Translations under genes and position numbers: made by a program
The notes under the pieces: generated by a model
The model's database searches: none
What the model was told of the DNA's origin: nothing
What the model saw: the letters and a program-made list of their open reading frames with translations, nothing else
Shown here: positions 12,085 to 22,829 of the stretch, in pieces
How positions within the stretch are numbered: the stretch's first letter is position 1
How the letters are laid out: each line of letters starts with the position of its first letter
Assembly: GCF_006345805.1 (NCBI RefSeq)
Contig: NC_043014.1
Span: 13,516,001-13,580,000 of the forward strand
Length of the DNA: 64,000 bases
From: Octopus sinensis
Taxonomy: Eukaryota
Direction: 5' to 3'

Positions 12085-13792
12085 CACTTGCGTCGGAAAT
12101 TAATTAGCACTTCTCAAATTTCTACATTTTCTTACATTTTCTTAATTTAATTAACTTATTACCAGAAACAAACTCGTTTTTAATCAAAAATTTATTAAAA
12201 CATATCCCAGCACACCACATAATTGTTATTAATCGTGAAATTTAGTCAATATCTTGTTGCTCCTCCTTTGGCAACAATGACAGCTGCTACGCTGGTCGGC
12301 ATGCTGTCTATGAGTGCCTGCAGGTACTGTGCAGGGATGGCCCTCCATGCAGCAAGAAGTGCCCCAAACAGCTCGTGTCGGTTCTTGTATTGCTGCACAT
12401 TCAAATCCTTACCCAATCGACTCCAGAGGTTCTCAATAGTGTTCAGGTCAGGTGACTGGCCAGGCCAGTCCATGACCGTCACCCCATGGTCCTTGAAAAA
12501 ACCGGTTGTGAGCTTGGCTGTGTGGGAAGGCGCGTTGTCCTGCTGGAGCACGTACTCCTCGCCACCAAAGAGGTATCCCGTACTATCTCAACGTACTTTG
12601 CTGCGTTGATGTTGCCTTCGACGGCATAGAGCCGCCCAACACCACTGTAGCTGAACGCCCCTCACACCATCAGACCACTCCCACCATGCTTCATGGTGGG
12701 AGCAATGCGGTCTTTGTTGAAGCGCTCACCCCTGCGGCGTCGCACATGGACAGGCTTGTCACTGACGAGACTGAATCGCGACTCGTCAGCGAACATCACT
12801 GTCCGCCACTGCTGCACGGTCCATATCTTGTGGGCACGGGCCAAGAGCAGCCGCCTCTTCCGGTTTTGGGCTGTAAGGAGCGGCTTACGGGCGGCCCTAC
12901 AGGATTTTAGACCAGCTTCCTGTAATCTGGTCTTGACGGTGGTTGTAGACAACTGCTTCCCTTTCATCTTTTGCATCTCCTCCGCCAGTTGCCAGCTCGT
13001 TGCCCTTCAGTTGTACAGTAACTTTCGGATCAGCATCCGGTCCTCCCGCTGGGTCGTCAGCCTCTTCCGTCCCCTACCCTTTTTGTCAGCTGCTGATCCG
13101 GTTTCCTCGTATTTCTTAAATAAGCACTGAATTGTGCGCCTGGCTACACCAAGTTTTCTGGCTATTGCAGCCTCCGACAACTTCCCACGCCACGAGAGAG
13201 CCTCGTACCATCTCTCCAAGGTCATGCGAGGTCTTGGGACCATCTAGGAATGAACGATAAAAACCAGTTATTTTCATTAAAACTATTCATTTGAATAATG
13301 TTATGCTATAACAAAACTGCTATGAGTTATTATTCATGAAACAAAAAAGAAAGAAAGCAGAATTTCTCACCTTATTTGATGTATAACAGAAAGTTTTGTG
13401 AACCGGAAGTGACGTCACCAAGCAGAGTGTAGGAGAATTTGTGAGGAAAAAAAATCTTGCAAATACACAAATCAATTAACCTACGAGCTGTTCAAAACAT
13501 CTTACGCGATGAGAAAACTTAGTACGGTGTGATTTCGGTCCTTGCGAGGCGCTACCTATATCTATTAAACAAAGGAAGATTTGTCTGCATCCGCACTCCA
13601 AGTTGTTGTTGCACTGCTATGTCAACATCATTAGGCTGTAGACTCTCAAACCGCTCTGCAAACAAAGTTACGTCATCGTTCTGTGCAACAGTGAACTCGC
13701 AACAAAGCAATAGTTCGAGATATGGCCACTAGGTGACAGCAAATACCTTGAGTGAAGAGCAAATCAAGGGTGCTAATTAATTTCTGACGGTA

Positions 13793-13795
<3 letters not shown>
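12085..13795 (-). mobile_element. Full-length Tc1 (DD34E) transposon with disrupted transposase
   Basis: 26-bp TIRs CACTTGCGTCGGAAATTAATTAGCAC (23/26 match), TA on both sides. HTH region, FADESRF, QDNAPSH...SPDLNTIE with D-34-E spacing. Two in-frame TGA stops and one frameshift. Confidence 0.95.
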
Positions 13796-13839
<44 letters not shown>

Positions 13840-13997
13840 TACGACAGGCTTCTTTCAGTTTCTGTCTACCAAATCCACTCACAAGGCATTGGTCGGCTGA
13901 GGCTATAGTAGAAAACACTTGTCCAAGGTGCCACGCAGTGGGACTGAACCCGGAACCATATGGTTGGTAAACAAGCTACTTACCACACGGCCACTCC
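13796..13997 (-). mobile_element. Head half of the split SINE family A copy
   Basis: (TA)n followed by cgacaggcttctttcag...accacacggccactcc. Confidence 0.75.
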
Positions 13998-14226
13998 AAC
14001 CAATAAATATTATTAAAACTAACCCTAACAAGTGTGCACAGTAAAAAAAAAAAAAGAATCTGATTAAAAACAATCAAGAATATTGTCAGGTGCGTTTCTA
14101 AAGGAGTACCTCCAATTTTTTTAAATTCTTCCAAAACTTACAAAGTTAGATTGATGCAATAAGAATACAAGCTATGAACTATACAATACTGCAAGAATTA
14201 ATATTGTTAGCATATTTACAACTACA

Positions 14227-14535
14227 CATCATCATCATCATCGTTTAACGTCCGTTTTCCGCGCTAGCACGGGTTGGATGGTTCAACAGGGGTCTGGGAA
14301 GCCAGGAGGCTGCACCAGGCTCCAGTCTGATCTGGCAGTGTTTCTACAGCTGGATGCCCTTCCTAACACCAACCACTCCACGAGTGTAATGGGTGCTTTT
14401 TACATGCCACCGGCACAGGTGCCAGGGGAGTCTGGCATCGGCCACGATCGGCTGGTGCTTTTAACGTGCCACCGGCACGGAAGCCAGTGAAGGCGGCGCT
14501 GGCATCGGCCACGTTCAGATGGTGCTTTTTATGTA
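14227..14535 (-). mobile_element. RTE-3'-end-derived copy with about 2.5 UTR repeat units
   Basis: (cat)n-cgtttaacgtccg terminus and gtgccaccggcac units. Confidence 0.75.
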
Positions 14536-15140
14536 TACACATTATCATAAATTTAATTTCTGGCTGTAATTTGTATTGTACCCCTAGTTCAATGGTATTC
14601 AACTGACATACCATTCATTGGTATGTCAGTTTTTGCACACCCCTTTGGAGGAATTTCTTTCCTTGGCTTGTTACTTTTATATATATATATATATATATAT
14701 ATTACATCTATATTGTAATGTGATATAGTTTTACTTTTAAATCTAACCACAACTACGATTCAACATAGGAACAGTTATAAACAGTTTCATTTTTGTATTG
14801 TTTCACTTTTATTCTCTAACTTCATATAAATCACTGGTTGTGATACTAGAAGTAGGTTGTTCTTCGAACATGTGTAGGCACATTTCTTTAGTATTTCTAG
14901 ATTAAGTATAAGTGAAATTTCAGAATAATAATAAAAGTGAAAGGTTTTAATAAAATAAAACTGCGTGTGCGTTGGGGGAAGGGAAAGTGATTTATGAATA
15001 CATACTAACCATTCACATGGTTCCGGGTTCAGTCCCACTGTGTGGAACCTTGGGCAACTGTCTTTGACTATAACCCCAGGCTGACCTTGAGTGGATTTGG
15101 TAGAAGGAAACTGAAAGAAGCCTGTCACACATATATATAT

Positions 15141-15179
<39 letters not shown>

Positions 15180-15429
15180 CATACATACTTACATAAATAT
15201 ATATATGTATTTGTGTTGGTGTCTGTGTTTGTCCCGCCACCATTGCTCGACAACCAATGTTTGTGTGTTTACCATGCTGGTACTCCAGCATGGCCGCGGT
15301 CAAATGGCTGAACCAAGTAAAAGAATAAAAGAATAGATAATTTTATTGCAACATCAGGAGGAAAGACATAGAAGAAGAGAGAAAATAAAATGTATACATT
15401 TTAATCAGGAATAGGGAGTCCAATTTAGT

Positions 15430-15471
<42 letters not shown>

Positions 15472-16327
15472 CTGAGTGGTTAAGAAACTTGCTTTGCAGC
15501 TATGTGGGTTTGTGTTCAATCCCACTGTGTGGTACCCATGTATCTTGTACTTTAGCCCCAGACTGACCAATGCTTTGTAAGTGAATTTGGGAGATGGAAA
15601 CTGTAGATGCTTGTAGTATATGTGTTTGTCCTCCTCACTGTTTGATAACTGATGTTGGTTTGTTTACATCCCTGTAACTTAGCTATTTGGAAAAGGAAAC
15701 CAATGGAATAAGTCCCAGACTAAAAAAAAAAAAGTACTGGGTTGGTTTGTTTGACTAAAACCCTTCAAGGCAGTGCCCCAGCTTGGCTATAGTTCAATGA
15801 CTGAAACAGTAAACGATATATCATCATCATCATTATATAATCATTTAACGTCCGTTTTCCATGTTGGCATGGGTTGGACTAGTCGTGGGTGTGTGGTAAG
15901 AAGTCTGCTTCTCAACCACATGATTCTGAGTTCAGTCCTACTGAGTGGCATATTTGGCAATTGTCTTCTACTATAGCTTTGGGCTGACCAAAGCCTTGGA
16001 AATGGATATGGTAGACAGAAACTGAAAGAAGCCTGTCATGTGTGTGTATATATATATATAGTCATCATTATCATTTAACGTCCATGTTCCATGTTAGCAT
16101 GGGTGGGACGATATCTTTGTGGGTCTTTGTGTCAGTGCTTGTCACTCCATCACCACTTGACAACTGGTGCGGGTGTGTTTATGCCCCCGTAACTTAGTGG
16201 TTTGGCAAAAGAGGCCAATAAAGAAAGTACTAAGTTTTATAAAAAGTCCAAGGGTTGATTGTTCAACTACAACCCTTTAAAGCGGTGCTCTAGTATGGCC
16301 ATGGTCAAATGACTGAAACAAGTAAAA

Positions 16328-16361
<34 letters not shown>

Positions 16362-16568
16362 ATACATACATACATACATACATGAGTTAGCTGAGTCAGA
16401 GGTAAAAATAACTGTCTAAGGGATAGAAGTATCCATTACACTACCAGTATACAACATTGGATGGTGAGACAGCTGTTAGATGGGATACAGTTTATTTGCA
16501 TTGAATTAATAAATAATAATTGATGTCAGTCAATTGTTGTTCATCAATATTTCTCCATTTTCTGTTTT

Positions 16569-16623
<55 letters not shown>

Positions 16624-16633
16624 TACATATATA

Positions 16634-17288
16634 CAGTGGCGGCCAAAATGTTCAGAACGGCATTGTTTTCGGCAGAAAATTAGATATAATTTTTATCAAA
16701 GTTGTTTTATATTCTATAATTTTCACAGACAATAAATACGATATTATTTGTTATTGCCTGAGATTTTGGTGTAATTTGAGAGGATAATACAAAAGTTATG
16801 GTTGATTTAGTGATTTACTGCAAAACCCATGGTGGCCAAAATGATCAGAACGGTTGCTTTTACTCCGTGTTTTAGTATATTTAACCGGCGAACTCTAATG
16901 TTTTGAATTTGTTTACGTGACGGTTTGGTTACTAAACATTAGTAAGAATATTTGCAGTGTACTTTGTTAATATAATGCCACTTACTCCGTTACCAATTCG
17001 TCAGCAGATTATTAAGCTTCGAAGGAAGGATAATTTAAGTATTGGATCTATTGCAAAGATTGTTAACAAGTCAAAAAATCATTTTGGCCACCATGGGTTT
17101 TGCAGTAAATCACTAAATCATCCATAACTTTTGTATTATCCTCTCAAATTACACCAAAATCTCAGACAATAACAATTAATATTGTATTTATTGTCTGAAA
17201 ATTATAGAATATAAAACTACTTTGATAAAAACTTATACTTACTTTTCTGACGAAAACAATGCCGTTCTGAACATTTTGGCCGCCACTG
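16634..17288 (+). mobile_element. Non-autonomous Tc1 with long (about 210 bp) IR-DR-type TIRs
   Basis: TA|CAGTGGCGGCCAAAATGTTCAGAACGG ... CCGTTCTGAACATTTTGGCCGCCACTG|TA. Inner direct repeat at about 16834. Transposase N-terminal remnant MPLTPLPIRQQIIKLRRKDNLSIGSIAKIVNKSK. Confidence 0.9.
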
Positions 17289-17290
17289 TA

Positions 17291-17337
<47 letters not shown>

Positions 17338-18336
17338 AGTTTGAAGTGAAATTTCAGAATAATAATAAAACCGAAAGGTTTTAACAAAATGAAACTGCGT
17401 GTATATTGGGAAAGTGAAACTGATCTATGAATACATGCTAAAATGAAATCTTGAGTTTGCTTCTGTTGAGGAATTCCCCTTTGGAAGTTTTATTCTAATT
17501 TCAGTTTTTAAAATTACTCCATTTTCCTTTTTCTCCACCACAAGTTCAATATATGGAACTATTCCAATTCTATGAAATTCAAATTGAACATGTGTTCTGA
17601 CATGTCTGCATAGTTAAGATTTCCTAGTTTCAGATTTGATTGTTCTGTGTAGGATTGGGTGTTTTCTACCATAAGTTTGGGTTGATTGGTAACATGTAAG
17701 TGGTATTTGGTAAAGAGGACCTGTGTAGAAGCCTGTTTTTTGTCTGCGACCATGCTGGTACCACCTCGAGTTTTAGTCGGACAAATTGACCCCAGTACTT
17801 ATTTATTTTTCCTTTCTTTGTGAGTCTGGTACTTTATTCTGCTGGTCTCTTTTGCTGAACCACTAAGTTACAGGGATATAAACACACCACTTGTCAGGCA
17901 GTGGTGGGGAACAAAAAAACATTCAGACACACACACACATGTGGCAGACTACTTTCAGTTTCTGTCAATCAAATTCATTTACAAGGCTTTGATTGTTTCA
18001 AGGTTATAGTAGAAGACACTTGTCAAAGTTACCTATGACTGTATCTTTTGTCAATGCTTATATAAAGTGTTTGAAGCTTATGGAACAAAGCCCCATGCAA
18101 TATTTGTTTGGCTCTGAGTTACAAACTTTCTCTTGTTTCACTCTCAAAAGTTGGGTAAAGTAGTTCTTTGTCCATTGAAGACCCGTTCCCAAGTATGAAG
18201 TACCACAGTTAAAATAATATAATTCTCTTATTGTATAGTGTTCAAGTGCACTACAACTCATCAGAGTTAAGTTGGATGACTGGCTGCTAAGCATTTTGCC
18301 AAGTATGCTAATGAATCTGCCAGCTCACCATCTTAA

Positions 18337-18373
<37 letters not shown>

Positions 18374-18374
18374 G

Positions 18375-18669
18375 ATCGTGAGGTTGTGAATTCGAATCCT
18401 GGACCGGGCTGCATGTTGTGTTCTTGAGCAAGACACTTTATTTCACATTGCTCCAGTTCACTCAGCTGTAGAAATGAGTTGCGACATCACAGGTGCCAAG
18501 CTGTATCGGCCTTTGCCTTTCCCTTGGATAACACTGGTGGCGTGGAGAGCGGTGGCCAGTATGCATGGGCGACTGCTGGTCTTCCATAAACAACCTTGCC
18601 TGGACTTGTGCCTGGGAGGGTAACTTTCTAGGTGCAATCCCATGGTTAGTCATGACCGAAGGGGGTCTC
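18375..18669 (+). mobile_element. SINE family C (CORE-like, distinct 3' tail)
   Basis: B-box-like aattcgaatcct and cttgagcaagacac. A second copy lies at about 39175-39620. Confidence 0.65.
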
Positions 18670-18789
18670 AATAATAATAATAAAATAGACACGAGAAGAT
18701 TTTACTAAAAGTTAAACAAAAAAAAAAAAACTATCAATAGATGACATGCCATCTTCAGTGATTCAGTCATATGGAGCAAACAAGAAAAA

Positions 18790-19990
18790 TAATAAAAATG
18801 CTCAATGGAAAGATAGGGAAAAGGAAAGGAAGAGCAAAATAGTACCACGTGTATGGCCCACTATCACACGTAAAGAAATCATAGAGACACTGAGTGTATC
18901 AGTAACTGGAAAACTCCAAGGATAGACAAGGTCCCCAACTTCTGGTTGAAACACCTTACCAGCATCTCATAGCAGCAACATCTAATCTATTATATAAAAT
19001 CCGTTCTGTCTGTCTGTGTGTCTTCTAGGATCTCGGACGTCCTCCATCCAATTGTGCTCAAATTTGATATGTAGATACCAACCGTATCAGGGCGTGTATA
19101 AGTCTTGAAAAAATTACAAAAATCGACTCCAGGTGAGAATGCGATTGATAAAGCCGTGGGAATGTGCATTTGTATGCGTAAGTACATCAGTCAAAATCCG
19201 TCTTTTGCTGGTGTATCAAATTTAGGTTAAATCAGTGTTTCTCAAAGGGGAGGCCTATGGGACGGTCAGACAAGTTGTTTTGAGAAAATTTGGTTTAAAT
19301 GTTTGACAACTCAGCACCGTCCATTGGACGGGGTGGGGGTGGGGGCGTTTTGCTCATTTATTAATAAGCAAGCCAGAATCAACACGAAACTGGATATGGA
19401 AAGACAAACCACCCTAATTCCCCAAAACAAAGACACTGTACAACCACAAAAGAACAAGTCAATAACATGCCTATTAACATCGTACAAAACCCTTACGCCA
19501 GTCACCATCTATAACTGGTGTATAATACATCTGGAAAACATTTTACCAGAAAAACAAAGGGGTTGCTGGCGAGGGATGTACAGCTGTGTGGAGCAACTTC
19601 TGATAAATTGTAAGCCCCATACTTATCCTATCGGTCTCTTTTGCTGAACCACTAGGTTACGGGGACAAAAAACACACCAACATCGGTTGTCAAGCGATGG
19701 TGACACACACACACACACACACACGGACGGACGGACGGACGGAGGGAGGGAGGGAGGGAGAGAGAGAGAGAGCTTCTTCCAGTAAGAAGAGAACAACAAA
19801 CCTGAACATAACTTAGACTGATTACCAGAAAGCATTTGGCAGTGTTCCATACTCATGGATATTGGAGCCTCCCCACATAAATAAATAAAATAGCTTCAGC
19901 ACTTCTAAGATATATCAATCATACAATGACAACCTGGGAAACCTGTTCAAGACACAATCAAATCAGTAATACAACCTAAACAGAACAATT
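18790..19990 (+). mobile_element. Fragmented R4/NeSL-like LINE reverse-transcriptase relic, interrupted by younger elements
   Basis: Remnants NWKTPRIDKVPNFWLKHL and RQTTLIPQNKDT...SITCLLTSYKTLT...ILPEKQRGCWRGMYSCVEQLLIN, resembling RT domains 0-2 of REL-type non-LTR elements. Confidence 0.55.
18981..19230 (+). mobile_element. Probable Helitron 5' fragment
   Basis: A|TCTAATCTATTATATAAAATCCG...(ctgt)n start typical of non-autonomous Helitrons. No 3' CTAG end found. Confidence 0.4.
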
Positions 19991-20009
19991 CACAAACACA
20001 AAATGCAGT

Positions 20010-20170
20010 CGGGCGCAGGAGTGGCTGTGTGGTAAGTAGCTTGCTTACCAACCACATGGTTCTGGGTTCAGTCCCATTGTGTGTCATTTTGGGCAAGTGT
20101 CACCTCGGGCCAATCAAATCCTTGTGAGTAGATTTGGTAGACAGAAACTGAAAGAAGCTTGTTGTATGTA

Positions 20171-20204
<34 letters not shown>

Positions 20205-20410
20205 TGTGTGTGTGTGTGGTTCTCCCCCTCCATTGCTTGACAACTGATGTTGGTATGTTATTTGTCCCTGTAACCTAGTGGTTCAGCAAAAGAGACCGAT
20301 AGGATAAGTACTTGGCTTACAAAAAATAAGTCATGGGTTTGATTTGTTCGACTAAAGGTGGTGCTCCAGCATGGCCGCAGTCAAGTGACTGAAACAAGTA
20401 AAAGAGTAAA
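20010..20410 (+). mobile_element. SINE family A copy
   Basis: Full-length match to the 6243 copy. Confidence 0.8.
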
Positions 20411-20688
20411 AAGAGTATATAGCAAATGACCAATGAAATAAATTACCACCCACAGACTGGGTACTTAACGCATTACACACACAACACAAACACTAATACA
20501 ACAAAATTCTGCACTGCACCCCTTAATAAAAAAAAAAAAAGAAATTGATGCAATACAATATCAGGAATTGTTTGCACACTCCCAAGAACACAGTGCTGCA
20601 CCCCTACCTCCACCCAGCAACACAGGTGTAGCAAGTGACGTAGTATAAATTTACCTGAAACTAACCAAATGCTTAATAATAGTAATAA

Positions 20689-21485
20689 CTAGCAGTATAA
20701 CCCGGCCTTGCCCAGGATTAAGTTACAATTATTAAGCTAATCAAGTTCTTTATTCAAACCAAACTAAGTAATATCGACTCTCAACAAAACACTTTTTTAC
20801 TCGGCGTAAAATAAAAACAAAACTCTTTTGCACCCAAAGTAATGTGTGTGAGAGAGAGAGGGGAAAGAAAGATGAACGATTTAAAATAAATAAATGATTT
20901 AAAATAAATATATTGTAATTGTTGTGTGAGAAAGTATATATACTATGATTATAAAATATATGTCTTCCAAAAACATGCTGAATTTGAACACTATATCTCT
21001 TGTTTAAGAAAAAACAAAACATTTTACATTTTATTTTTTATGAACGTTGTCACTTTCTCTCTCTCCCCCTCTCTCTATCTCTCACTTTGTCTTTCCCGTT
21101 TTCTTGTTTAGATGCCGTGAAACTCTCTTCCACTTTTCTTTATCTTATTTTTTTTGTTAGACGCCGTCAAAAAGCTAAGGCTGAAAATAGATTTTTATGA
21201 ACGTCGTCATTTACTCTCTCTCTCTCCCTCTCTCACTTTGTCTTTCCTGTGAAACTCCGCCCCTCTTCCACTTTTCTTTATCTTATTTTGTTTTTGTTAG
21301 ACGCTGTCAAAAAGCTATGGCTGAAAATAGAATTTTACCACCATCCGCGGGTGCCTTGGGAAAAAAATAAGTTGACAAAACCCAGATAGGATGTTGATGA
21401 ATGTCCTCCTAAAATTTGATCGACATGCATGCTAATTTGTGGATGTACACACATACACACACATCTTGCCTTATATATATACAGA
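20689..21485 (-). mobile_element. Non-autonomous Helitron
   Basis: On the minus strand it begins A|TC(tgtatatatataagg) and ends with hairpin CCTGGGCAAGGCCGGG plus CTAG|T. No TSD. Internal tandem duplication of about 150 bp. Confidence 0.75.
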
Positions 21486-21553
21486 TAATAATAATAATAA
21501 TAAAGTGAAAAACTGTTTGTTATTGCTAAATCTTGCATTCTTTGTTTTGATAG

Positions 21554-21709
<156 letters not shown>

Positions 21710-21954
21710 TGATATTTAATTATTGCTTATTGAAAAATGCTTTTCTTTTGGTTGAGTTGAAATGTAACCTTGTCGAATATTTAGTTGGATGATAAATCTG
21801 GAGTCGGGATGAGATGGTTGGGCACAGCTCTTTGGATGCTGATGGTATGGCCCAGCCGATTGGACATTCAGCCTGTTTTGGTGGTTATACTTTTTGGTGC
21901 TGGAAGCAAAAACACACACATACAAAAATATAAACACACTGATAGACAGATATA

Positions 21955-22343
21955 GGCGCAGTAGTGGTTGTGTGGTAAGTAGCTTGCTTACCAACCACAT
22001 GGTTCCAGGTTCAGTTCCACTGCGTGGCACCTTGGGCAAGTGTCTTCTACTATAGCCTCGGGCTGACCAAAGCCATGTGAGTGGATTTGGTAGATGGAAA
22101 CTGAAAAGAAGCCCGTCGTATATATGTATATGTGTGTTTGTGTCTGTGTTTGTCGCCCCAACATCGCTTGACAACCGATGGTGGTGTGTATATGTCCCCG
22201 TAGCTTAACGGTTCGGCATAAGAGACCGATAGAATAAGTACTAGGCTTACAAAGAATAAGTCCTGGGGTCGATTTGCTCAATTAAAGGCGGTGCTCCAGC
22301 ATGACTGCAGTCAAATGACTGAAACAAGTAAAAGAGTAAAGAG
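21955..22343 (+). mobile_element. SINE family A copy
   Basis: Full-length match to the 6243 copy. Confidence 0.85.
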
Positions 22344-22829
22344 ATAGAGAGAGACATTAGACATTCAAACATATCTAAAATGCTCATATACACAAACAGT
22401 GAGACACACACACACACATTACAATTAATTGAACACACATGATATAATATTTTCTTCTAGCGAGACATGTTTTTTTATTGAAGACAAAAAATAAATAGCT
22501 TCGCTTGTATGATGGTGACACTTGTTTACAGCCATCACAAAATGTTGAACATGGGTGCACACTCACATCCTTCACCAAACTTGGAACCTGCAATTCACTT
22601 GGATCTTGAGTCTATAGACAGCTGTGCAATAGATGCAGTGAGTGTGTGACCTTGATGCCTTAGTCAGTGTAATTAGTCAGCCAATTGTGAATGTATCAAT
22701 GACTGGACGAAGTGAATAAGTATTTGTCATTATACATTGTTATATTGTATAGTGTTCCATTCTCACGGATATTGGAGTCTCTCCACACAAATATAATAAC
22801 TTCATCTATTTAGTGAGTAAGTATTTGTC

